This document shows positions 1 through 11,000 of a stretch of DNA of 64,000 nt, one piece after another. The notes under the pieces were generated by a model that worked only from the letters and a program-made list of their open reading frames with translations, made no database searches and was not told where the DNA came from. The position numbers and the translations under genes are program-made. Source of the stretch: Podarcis tiliguerta (taxonomy: Eukaryota); NCBI GenBank assembly GCA_965153285.1, contig OZ229116.1. The stretch is one strand, 5' to 3'. Numbering within the stretch: the stretch's first letter is position 1; each line of letters starts with the position of its first letter.

Positions 1-616
1 TCCTGCCTTCTCATATTCAGGTTCTTGTTCCACTCTGGCAAAGATCATTAGGATCACAAGGAGGTACCAGGAGGGATTGAGCCGTGGGCCTGGGCGGGAA
101 CAGCTGGTGGCATAGGATGTTGCTGTGTACCTAGCCTCCCAGTGGCAGTGGCATTGCTATGTACTGGGACAATGGAAGGGCAGTGGAAGAAGACAATGAG
201 ATTGGAGTGGGGTGGCTTTACTAGCAGAGCCAATCTGGCACTCTTGCCAGTGCACCCAAGCCCCTCCCCAACCTTGCCACCTCTTTGTCCCCCACACCAT
301 CCTTATACCTGGCAGTGATGCTGCTGTCAAAAGGCTAGGTATACCCGCCACTGCTCTGTGTTTGTGTGTGTGTGGCAGGGGTTCTCTTTTATTCCCACGC
401 AGTGAATCGCACAGTGCCAGCCCAAGACGTTTTTCAGCTTGAAGGTGCCCCTTTTGCTATGATCAGCACTTGAAAAATTCTCACCACACCATTCAGTCAT
501 AAATTCATAGCTCCTTCTGTTCCCTGAGTGCTGTCAGAACTCCTGCTTCAGTTGCAAGGCAGGGCCCAGGCCCACACTGGCTCATATCAAGAAGCAGGAA
601 AAATTTGTGATGTAAT

Positions 617-763
617 CAGTGGTATTTTTTTTATTGAAAAAGAGGTGCCAGAACTCACCATAAATGCCTCCCTTATTCTCTTGAAATCACAATGGCACCC
701 AACTGAGAGGTGCCAGAGCTGAGTTTCAGTGAGTTTCAGCTGAGGGGTGGGGAAACAGCCCTG
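617..763. mobile_element. Degenerate non-autonomous hAT-like MITE
   Basis: Ends CAGTGG...AGCCCTG, internal repeated GAGGTGCCAGA motif; no clean TSD. Confidence 0.4.
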
Positions 764-1110
764 AACCCAATCCTTTCTGGTCCTTCCAGTTTCAGAGGCA
801 GTGAGCCTCTGAATGCCAGCTACAGGGAAACATAAGCAGGAAAATGCTATTGTGCTCATTGGGGACAGACTGCTTTGGTCCAATCCAGTGGGGCTGTTGG
901 GTCATGAGTGTGTATGCATATGTGAGCTTAAGATATTTTGTTTTATCACCAGTTGCTTGTAAGCCACCTTGAGAATCATTTGATTGAAAGGCGGGGTGTA
1001 AATTATTGAAGGAAGTAAATGAACTTGAAATGGAAAAGCTTACCCTTTCTTAAAACTCACTTTGCTTCCTAGGCAAAATAAATAAAAAATATTATTATTA
1101 TTATTATTAG

Positions 1111-1178
1111 GCCGCTTGTAGAAGAGTTTGCCACTGGAAGAACACTACTGAAGCTATAGAGCAGAGGCACATCTTATG
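1111..1178 (+). other. Candidate 68-nt exon (lncRNA/UTR or cryptic)
   Basis: AG at 1109-1110 (alternative pyrimidine-rich acceptor ctttgcttcctag ending at 1072) and strong donor ATG|GTGAGT at 1179; one open frame (AACRRVCHWKNTTEAIEQRHIL) not recognised. Confidence 0.2.
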
Positions 1179-1869
1179 GTGAGTTTATGATTGCATTTGG
1201 GTTTTTTGTTTGTTTGCTTCCTTGTAGAAAGCTGCTTGAAAGCAATTTGGTCTTCCCTCCTTGCTGCAACAAATAGAATTTGGCATAAACATTTGGATGT
1301 ACTCACTTAACTGCTTTCCCATCTACTGAAGTTTCATTAGGGAGCCATGCACATTTGCAAAGGATGAATGGTTTCATTAGCACTGAGACTAATAAACTTA
1401 TAAAAGTTAATAATGTGAATATGTTTGATTTGTAATTATGCACACAGACATTAAGGACCACCAAAAAACCCACAAAAAACCACCCTTTAATAATACCCAG
1501 CTTTTGCTAGACTTTTCCAGGTGGGATTGGAACAAAGAGGATGCACTAATTTGTCTTCTGTTTATACTTCAACACGCTGATGTTCAGTTAGGACTCTGAA
1601 AGTCAAAGATGGTTTAAGGCTTTTATATGATCTAGTCAAAGTTGTTGAGGTTTGTACTTCCAGACTAGGAAATATAAGTCTCCAGAGCCAGCAGCAGAAA
1701 TTGTGACTGCCACTACAGGAAAGGTTGCTTCCATTAATGTCCCGATTTGACCCTCCCCAAATTGTCAATATGGCCCAACTGTAATAGGGTGGTGAGGGAG
1801 GGGGATTTAGCCTAAGCCGAAACATTTATTGTCTTTGCAGTGGGGCAAATTAACTTTATACCACACTAA

Positions 1870-2009
1870 TAGCTCCGTTGGCAGAGAATGAGACTCAATC
1901 TCAGGGTTGTGGGTTGGAGTTCCACATTGGGCAAAAGATTCCTGCATTGCAGGGGTTTGGACTAGATGACTCTTGTGGTCCCTCCCAACTCTACAATTCT
2001 ATGATTCTA
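1870..2009 (+). mobile_element. tRNA-Lys-derived SINE with CR1-type 3' tail
   Basis: Head tagctccgttggcagagaatgagactc-aatctcagggttgtgggttggagttccacattgggc follows tRNA-Lys(CTT); tail ggactagatgac...ccaactctacaattctatgattcta. Confidence 0.8.
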
Positions 2010-2188
2010 ATTGGCAAATATTTTCATGCTATTTGAATGACCTGTTTTGCTTCCACAATGCTTATGCAGAGATTGGACTGTGCTTGGCCTTCGTTGAGCC
2101 TTTGTTCTGATTTGTGGGCATTCATCTTTATACTGATTTGCTTGTATGGTGGTTATATATCTTCCTGTTAGTCATCAGTTCATTCTGG

Positions 2189-3110
2189 TTTTTTTTTGTT
2201 TTTTTAAAGTATATATGTGTTTATCCAATGACTTCCCTCCTTCTCCTTCCATGGTTCATTCCACTTGTCCTTTATTCCTGCATATTTTTCTATAACCATT
2301 TTATTCAGTTTTCCACTCCTACATCACTCCTACATCAGTTACACTGTTGTTTTTATCTTAGTGCTGCTATCGTTTTCAGCTGTGTACAATTATTTTCCAT
2401 ATACTCAATAAACATTTTCCACTCTTCTTTGAATATATGTTCTTCTTGCTCTCTTATTCTGTGTGTTAAACCTGCAAGTTCCGCATATTCTACCATCTTA
2501 AGTTGCCAGTCTTCTTTGCCTGGGAACTCCCTCACTTTCCATTTTTGGGCTAACGAAACTCGTGCTGCTGTTGTTGCATACTTAAATAATTTTTTTCTGA
2601 CACCTAGGAATTTCTATCTGGGTTATTCCTAATAAGAAGGACTCTGGTCTTTTTGGGAAAGTTATTTTAAATATTTTTTTCAGCTCATTATAGATCATTT
2701 CCCGATATTCTTTTACCTTTTTACATGTCCACCACAAATGAAAGAAATTTCCCTCCATTTCTTTAGATTTCCAACACATATCTGACTCTGCTTTATACAT
2801 CTTAGCTAACCTACTCGAAGTTAAATACCATCTGTGAATCATTTTCATATAATTCTCTTTCAATCAGTAAATTTCAAATAATTCTTCCAAAGTTTCTCCC
2901 ATAGGTTTATATATTGTGTCCCATACCTATTGCCCAGAGTGTCATTGAAGCTTTCACTAGCTCGTCTTTTGTTTCCCATTACAAAAAAGTTATACACTTT
3001 AGACAATAGTTTGTCCTCATTCTGCAATAATTCTCTTTCAAATTGTGAGCTTCTGTCCAAAACTCCATTTTTTAAATCTTAACATTCTAATGTAACTGGT
3101 GGTACTCTAC
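2189..3110 (-). mobile_element. 5'-truncated L1 LINE, ORF2 C-terminus (degenerate)
   Basis: Minus-strand frames give KMIHRWYLT..CWKS..FFHLWWTC..PESFLLG and KEDWQLKMVEYAELAGLT..EEWKMFIEY (L1 ORF2 zinc-knuckle region); poly-T at 2189-2205. Confidence 0.85.
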
Positions 3111-3399
3111 CAGTACCACAGTACAGTGACAGTCATCAATTCATTGTGAACTTTTCTGTCCATTTTCACATCAGCTTCCTAACAACAAACATCAATTTCC
3201 TCTCCTTTTCTTTTTGTTGTTGTTCCAGGACAAAAATCGACTTTTAATTGGGCACACCTAAATTTCTGGCATGCACTTGAGTCACTCCTGCAAAGTATTG
3301 AGAGTCTGGAGGTCACCACAGTTTTTGTTTTTGTTTAAAATTCTGGGAAATCAAAGGCTATATTTTAGAAGCTCATTTGTTTTTGAAAAAAGGTGCTAG

Positions 3400-3860
3400 A
3401 TAACTTCTGCGTTGGAGTGTGGGAAACCTGCTCAATGTCATTTATGTGATACAGAACAATAGTGTATTTGCCACTCCAATGGAAATAACGGAGAATCACT
3501 ATTCTCTGCATTGTGGGCAATTTATCAGTTGGACAAACAGAGCAAGACCACAAAGTAGTTCCCTCACATGCTTCCAATGGCGAAACATGTCCCACCTTAC
3601 AACGGGGATCAGGTTTCACGCTAACAATAGCAGTTGCTGCAGCTGCAGAAATTAGAAATACATTTGTTTTTGTCAGCTGCTGCAATGGTATATCAATTAT
3701 GCTAATTTCACATAAATCACCCATCATGTCCTGGCACTTCATCCCTGACAGTATCAGGTAACTAATGTTGTGAAGCCTGTCTATTCTAACATGTGTGCCA
3801 GAATGAAAGTGTGGCAACTGTGCAGAAGCATCTTCTTTAATAACAACAACTACCCCAGAA
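3400..3860. promoter_or_regulatory. Candidate conserved enhancer with Pbx-Hox, Meis and POU motifs
   Basis: Repeat-free block; TGATTTATG on minus strand at 3711-3719, TGACAG 3746-3751, TGTCA 3671-3675, ATGCTAAT 3699-3706. Confidence 0.4.
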
Positions 3861-4553
3861 CCAAATTAGCCTTCTACCATTCCCTTGAAGTGATGTGCAG
3901 GCAGATTTTGTTTGCTTTTTTTAAAAAAGAGAGAGGGAGATGCAAATCTCTCTCTCCTCATCCCTCGTTACCTCCCCCTTAGGCACCTGGGGAGATGGAA
4001 AGAGTGCTGGGTAATTACTGGGATTTTTAACTGGTAGATTGGAAGAAACAAGGATTGTTTACTCCCCAGACACAAAGCATTAACGAGTAACTCCATAGGA
4101 CACAAGGGTAACTGGGTTGTAAGTGATATGATGAGGCAACACTATCAACGGACAAAGTCATCACTTCAGCAACAGATTCATTTAATGGACTCTGTTCTCC
4201 GTAGAAAAGGATTTCAAAATTAAGAAAAGCCACAGGGTAGAGGAGGTGCGTGACACAAGATATTTGACAAGTCTGCTGTTACCGGGTTCACGCTGTTCCA
4301 GTCACTAACGGTGTCCATGGCTCAGCATGCATCTAGGATGACCAGGGCAGCCCCAACCCTTAAGAAAAGTGAGGTGGCTGCCTGAGGCAACTGGTGCTGG
4401 AAGGAAGGGAGATGTTTTGGGTGACAGAGCTGTGTCTGCTATGTGGCCTACTCTGTGCCCTCCATGTTAGCCTGCTTCCCTCAAATATGGTGCAGGATGC
4501 TATTGTTGGAACAATATTCAACTGCTGGTCTGGTTGCCTTCTGTACATGGCAT

Positions 4554-4607
<54 letters not shown>
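4554..4607. repeat. Compound (TG)n(GA)n microsatellite
   Basis: Directly visible. Confidence 0.95.
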
Positions 4608-4608
<1 letters not shown>

Positions 4609-4886
4609 ATCTTGTTCTTTAGGCAGCTTGTAAGTTCAAGTATGGCTCCTCTTTGATCCCTCTTTTTTCCTATCTCTTGTCTCCATCATGGCATTGAGGG
4701 AGTTGCAAGGAGAAAATGTCAGGGGACAAGATGGTCTGTAGGTGTCCTGCCCACCGGGAATTGAGCCCAGACTCCTTAAGGTTTTCCCATTTTTTTAATA
4801 GAGAGAAAGCGTTGTTACATCAGCCCCTTAAGGCTTTCAGGAAATACATATAGATAAGCCCCTATTCTTTACTACAGATTGTAAGC

Positions 4887-5238
4887 TAAAGGTAAAGGGA
4901 CCCCTGACCGTTAAGTCCAGTCATGGACGACTCTGGGGTTGCGGTGCTCATTTTGCTTTACTGGCTGAGGGAGCTGGTGTTTGTCCGCAGACATCTTCTG
5001 GGTCGTGTGGCCAGCATGACTAAGCCGCTTCTGGCAAACCAGAGCAGCGCATGGAAATGCCATTTACCTTCCCACTGGAGCGGTACCTATTTATCTACTT
5101 GCACTTTGACATGCTTTTGAACTGCTAGGTTGGCAGGAGCTGGGACCAAACAACAAGAGCTCACCCCGTTGTGGGGATTCGAGCCGCGACCTTCCAATCA
5201 GCAAGCCCTAGGCTTTGTGGTTTAGACCACAGTGCCAC
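4887..5238 (-). mobile_element. Sauria SINE (Squam1), near full length
   Basis: Reverse complement reads gtggcactgtggtctaaaccaca...gagctc...ggtaccgctcc...gcaaccccagagtcg...ggggtccctttaccttt. Confidence 0.92.
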
Positions 5239-5353
5239 ACACAGTGCAGGCTTTGCTAATTCCCTCTTTTACTGCCCTGTCTACTGAACTGTGCTCTAGC
5301 TTTCAGAAAACTGATGGACCACCATGTGTTCCTTTGTGTCCCCCTAAATGTGG

Positions 5354-5636
5354 AAGACGTGGGTGGCACTGTGGTCTAAACGACAGAGCCTAGGCTTGCC
5401 AATCAGAAGGTCGGCGGTTTGAATCCCCGCGACAGCGTGAGCTCCCATTGCTCGGTCCCAGCTCCTGCCCACCTAGCAATTCAAAAGCACGTCAAAGTGC
5501 AAATAGATAAATAGGTACCGATCCGGCGGGAAGGTAAACAGTGTTTCCGTGCGCTGCTCTGGTTTCAGAGCAACCCCAGCGCCGCAACCCCAGAGTTGTT
5601 CACGACTGGACTTAACTGTCAGGGGCCCTTAACCTT
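5354..5636 (+). mobile_element. Sauria SINE (Squam1) with internal deletion
   Basis: gacgtgggtggcactgtggtctaaac...gaatccccgcgac...acgactggac...ggggcccttaacctt; about 85 nt missing near 5566. Confidence 0.92.
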
Positions 5637-6444
5637 GTTTAAAATGTGGAATGGGTCCCTTTCAGGCATTCACTCCTCCTTACTGGGTGTTGCCTCCTCT
5701 GCTGCCTGTGTTTCTCAAACTACTTCCACCTCTAAGTGCACAGAGACTGTCTCACTCTCATGTGCCTCCTTCTCCCCAGAAGGAGCTGGTGGTGGGAAGA
5801 CGGGGTGAGCCTGCTGCTCTGGAGAGGGCATGGGCAGAGGATCAAGATGTACTTTCCTCTCCCCCTCCCCATTTTTAGTCTCCGATTCTCTCCCTTAGTG
5901 GAGGCTCCCACAGCCCGCTTGGCCTCTCTCTGGGATTGTCTCATTCTCATTTGCTGTTCCCCAAAAGCCTCCTCTTTGCTCTGCCAGCCTCTGACACTAG
6001 GGACACATGGAGAACAGTTACTATGAAGCAGTGGCTGGCCCTGCGCTTGGTGGCAATAGTGGGGAGAAGTGGTTAGGTAAAAGGAAAGGAGAAGCAGACT
6101 GTTATGGGAAGGTTGGTGGAAGAAAACCTGTAGTGGTGATGGGAGCTTTTCACAGACAGCTCTTAGGTTTAGCTACTTTCTGGTGCTACAGGGCATTTAA
6201 ATGCTCACTCCCACAGCTCTGTAAATGTTGGGGCCACTCATGGCTGTTTTAAATAGAAATATGACTGTATTATATCAGTTTATTATATCTTAGTGATTTT
6301 CACTGTGCCTTTTTGCCACAATACTTTACTTGTGAGTTGGTACTTTATAAATGCCCTTATGAATGGATGAATGAGTCCTTGTGGAAAATAAACTATTTGG
6401 TAAAGACTGCTATGGGTGCTGCTTGTGTCTTTAGAGAGCTGAAA

Positions 6445-6575
6445 CAGGAAACCTGTGGCTCTTCAGATCCCGTTGAACTCCAGTTCCCATCATCCCTGGC
6501 CATTGGCCATGCTGACTGGGGCTGATGGGAGTTGGAGACTAATGCCATCTGGAGGGGCACATTTTCCCCACCCCG
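6445..6575. mobile_element. Palindromic hAT-type MITE (cccatcatccc family)
   Basis: Inverted arms acctgtggctcttcagat...ttcccatca / tgatgggagtt...atctggagggg; same family as 59409-59544. Confidence 0.7.
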
Positions 6576-6610
6576 ATGGAGAAGAATCTATATATTCAGG
6601 TGAATCAGGG

Positions 6611-6672
6611 TATCATAGAATTGTAGAGTTGGAAGGAACCCAAAGGGTCTTCCAGGGCAAATGCAGGAATCA
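6611..6672 (-). mobile_element. 3' tail fragment of tRNA-Lys/CR1-tailed SINE
   Basis: atcatagaattgtagagttggaagg is the reverse complement of the tail at 1980-2009. Confidence 0.6.
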
Positions 6673-7627
6673 CAGCTAATCTTCCTGGAATTGGAACACT
6701 TCAGAATGAAGGTGATTAAATGCCAATGGTTGTAGCCTGTCTTTATCCCTGATGTGCTAGTTTTGTCTTACAAGAGTGGTGTAGTTGCTGCAACCTTGTG
6801 TCCCTGTCACATATTGTTCATGCAATGTTGCAGCAAAAACATGAGGATATTCTAAGAGATCACATTATGAGGATCCAGTTGTGGTTACCTGTTTTCTCCA
6901 ATAATATTCAGAAGAATGCCTAATCCACCTTTATCAAGCAAATGGGTACGTGAGACCAGCCTATCCCCTACCAGACAGCACAATTCAGAGAAATACTGTA
7001 ATTGAGGCAGCTGTTAGTATCCCCAGCAGACCAAGCCTTTATAAATATCCACTGTAGAAGAGCCAGTCAACAGTTATGTAAACAGTTCTCAAGCTCTTTT
7101 ATTTTGCGGCACTATTCTTCTTCGGCAGAGCTCAATTGGCTAGTGGGTTACCTCATTAACTCTGAATTAGTCATTCACAAGAAAAGTGCAAAAATAGGAG
7201 GGGGTCTTGGGTCGATGATGTTATCAGGTCAAGAAGGCAACTCAAAATGACACAGGTGGCTGGCTGAGGACTTGTGGGTTTCAATCCAACGTTTTAGATC
7301 CTGGAAGGTGGAAACAGAAGAAGATCTTTGCCATCTCTGTGATAGGAGTCGTCTTAAAGCTCACACCTTCAAATACAATCTGCATAATGATTGCCTTATT
7401 CTCCCATCCAGGTTGGGATGATTTGCTGAATTTATCTATCCCAAATGGAATATCTGTTATAATGGACAATATCATCACCCCCCCCCCAATTACTTACACA
7501 TTAACCTGTCCACCTAACCTCCTTTTTGATATGGTTTCTTTTCACTATATACAGGGAGGTAAATTATCAATGGGAATTATTAAAAAAAATAGACCAGAGT
7601 AATAAGAGTTTAGGAAATGCTTTACCA

Positions 7628-7765
7628 CAGGGGTGGGGGACCCTTGGGATGCTGGCAGCTGTTCCTGAACTGCAACTCCCATCATCCCTGACCATTGGCT
7701 ATGCTTACTGGGACTGTTGGGAGCTGTGGTTCATCAGCATCTGGTGGTCCAAGTGTTCTCAGTTT
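7628..7765. mobile_element. Palindromic hAT-type MITE (same family)
   Basis: CAGGGGTGGGG start; caactcccatcatccctgaccattggc...gggagctgtgg...catctgg. Confidence 0.6.
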
Positions 7766-7961
7766 TGCCAGCTTCATTGAATATCCCTGGCTATCCTCTA
7801 ATTGCTCCACCAACAGATTTATGCACATACCGGTAATTTGGACTGGAATGTGTCGCAAGCATACCACAAAAGTCATCAGTGTGTGGCCTCTGTTGTTTAG
7901 CTTTTGAGTTCTTGGCTCATCCTTATAAGGCTTAACTTGCAAAGTGAAATGTGTCATCTGA

Positions 7962-7962
7962 A

Positions 7963-8030
<68 letters not shown>
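7962..8030. repeat. Compound (AC)n(GA)n microsatellite
   Basis: Directly visible. Confidence 0.95.
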
Positions 8031-8033
<3 letters not shown>

Positions 8034-11000
8034 GTCTGCATATCTACCAGGGGTTGACTGTTGCAGGCAATGCCCTTTCCACAGTGATTGCTTCTTAGCC
8101 AGGACTCCGACAGCAGTGGGAGAAGCACAATCTGAAACATTGCTAAGGAGACGCAAACTTCTCCCATTGCTCCTTGGGATGATGCCGAAAGGTTAGCCTG
8201 CCTGCTAGTAATCACTTACGTCTCTGAGTTAATTCTGCTCATCAATTGTTGTCTTTGTCTCCGATTGACACTAAACACTATTGCTGCATCCTTCACTATG
8301 ACTTGTCCCCAAGGATACTTACCTGCATCTTTACTGCCTTTTAAATTGCAGCTCTTCCTTTTTCTGGGCTCCATTTCCATACGTCATTTTCCCTTTTTGC
8401 CATTCTGGGAGCTGCAGCACCAAGCTCTGTAAAGTATTACATTTCTGTCCCTGTGAACTATTTTGTGGCATTCTGTTTGAGGGATGGTATATAAAAAATC
8501 AACTGCACTGCACTGTATCTTCATAGACTGGCATATCCTTTTTACTTGGCTCGTTCAGACTAGCAATATCCCTGGGAGGGGGGATGTTGCTGGAGTTTAA
8601 GGACTCCTTGTGTAATGAATCCCGATATTTGCCCCCAACGATATTACAGGTTTTCTAATGTTCATGTCACCTCTTGCCCTGAACGAAAGACACTGGGTTC
8701 ATGGGTAATTTGCAAAATAAGGACTTGTAAAGAAAATATCCTCGCAACCTACCTTTCGTAACCTCTCTTCCACCTTCCCTCTGCATTTGACTTGCAAATG
8801 ACCGCTATTATGCTACTTACAGTAAAGCATTGCAAAAATTCAGGGTAATATTGTACCACTGTGGTGACAGTGAAACAATCAAACAGCTTGCTTATGCACC
8901 TATTTGGCTTGGACTGGAAAATGAGAGCAGCTTTAATCTTTTAGCAGCATCAAAGATGAAATCTTTCCCTGGAGTGGAAGAGTTAGGAGCATCCTAGTAA
9001 GAGCTGGCATGAAACAGCTTGCTGAAGTGTCACTGCAGGATACCTGTAGCCTCCACACATAAAAGCTTAGCTAGGGTGTGGGAGTGGACTAAGGGGGTAA
9101 AGCTGGAGAGCCCTATAGTGAATAAATAAATATTCTGATCAAGCTCTTCCAGTATAATGAAAGCTACATGATGATTCCTCATTAATGTAAACCTCATTGT
9201 TACACAACTGAAGCCTTATTTTTATTTATTGTCCCTGGTACGCACAAGAGGGATTGGTACTTCAAGTTATTTTGTACAGGCACATTGTTGTACCCATACT
9301 AATATCTTTGAGGATGAAAAATGCTGTGAGCAAGAGTTTATAAAGGGTGGAGACCTGTGCATAGCAGCTTGGAGGTTTTGGAATCATTTGTATCTGGGAT
9401 TTCTCATATTCCATTTTGCATTTTGTTCCACAGTGTGGCTGTTAAGTTCACTCATTGTGCCTTCCAGATAGGCCTAACAAGGCACTTTTACCATCAAACT
9501 AGGGGGTGGATTACTTGGCAAGTGGTCTAGTATATCTACCTTGAGGTTCAGACTACTTGTCCATATGCATTGTTTTGCTGTGGACATGACGCTAAACCCG
9601 TAGGCCAAACCTGGCCTGTTAGGGATCCCAGTTAAGCCGCTGAGGTTGTTTTCTCCAACCACACTTGATATCATGTGCAGTGTGAGGTGTGGAGACGGTA
9701 CTGATGTGGCTTAAAGTGAGATGGTTGAATAGCCTGTTGCCAATGCATTTTTTCCTGCCTTCAAGATCTCTGAAGCTGCACATTATGTGGAGTTCTGTAA
9801 TTCTTTTCCCTTTATGTACACTCTTCACCACAGAACTATTTGGCACAAGTTCCAGCCTAAGCAGAAGGAGGGGGTGGCAGGAAAATGCCTGGTTCTTTCC
9901 CAGCTTGACATTATCCTTCACAAGCTACTGGTATTTTTAAAGCTTAGCATAAAATTGACAGGAAGGAAAAGGATTAAGCAATGTCTTCGTGCCCACCCTT
10001 CCCCTATTCAGACCCAGTCATTCATCAAGTATCTGGGTAGATCTGCTCAGCACTTTGAAAAGAGATTTTCAAGGGAAGAGATAAATTCTGAAGATATGAG
10101 GTTGCTGTTTCAGCAGATAGGTTACAAGTCCAAGGCCTGAAGCAATGGACAATTGAAGGTTTTCTCTGGCGATGCTGTCCATTTATTTATGTGAACCCTT
10201 TAATACATTATTTAGTTACATTTATACTCAACCTTCCATCCATCATGGAACCATCATGTGGTTCCTATCCAGGCCAAATCCAAATCTTCAAGAAGATGGT
10301 AGCCTTCAAGAAGATGATATTGGGCCTTAAGATGCTTTCCGTTAACATTTTAAACATTATGGTGCTTGTAAGAGTCCCAGGCTGAACTCCAAAGCATTGA
10401 AGAAATGCTTTGTTTCCTTTCTTGTGCAATTATTAGTGGGGGCATGTACAGTGGATAGGGTATTGTTTTGGATATTGGAGTCAAAGGTCTCTACTCATCT
10501 ACAAAGTCTCCGGAAAGCTTCTATTTCACCATAAGTCCGCCTGAGCTACACTGGAAACAAACATGGTAGAATGCCAAGCTTCTTAGTAGGACAGAATGAT
10601 GACATGGTAACACACAGAATGGTAACAAAGTAAACACTAAGAAGATGGTTTAGCACCATCTTCTGGTTGGAGTTGTAATGTGCCCTATAACTACAGTATC
10701 CCTAATTGGCTAATTTTAAGGTATGAAATATTCAGGTGATGTGTAGTAATTTAAATATGCCTTTTTAGACAAGCTCCTTAGCCTATAATGTTTAAACAAC
10801 TCTAGTGCAGTGCAGTGCAATGCAATACATTTTAACATAACACAACCTGAGCTTTTTGGACACCATTGAATTATCATAGCTTGACTGAAACAGTCCATCT
10901 GTAAGTATAAAATATATTTAAACTTTTAAAGTATTTATATAAAAAAGTCATGTTTTCAATGTTTTCTCCTCTTTCAGGACCCAAGCCCTGTTGAATGAAT

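Noticed and set aside
1870-1935. tRNA-Lys-like sequence as a tRNA gene
   Set aside because: Anticodon loop deleted, B box mutated, and it continues into a SINE tail.
2114-2632. 172-aa hydrophobic plus-strand ORF
   Set aside because: Antisense of the A-rich L1 ORF2 remnant; the hydrophobicity is a T-rich composition artefact.
7682-8215. 177-aa ORF with SLSLSL/ERERER tracts
   Set aside because: Translation of the (AC)n(GA)n microsatellite.
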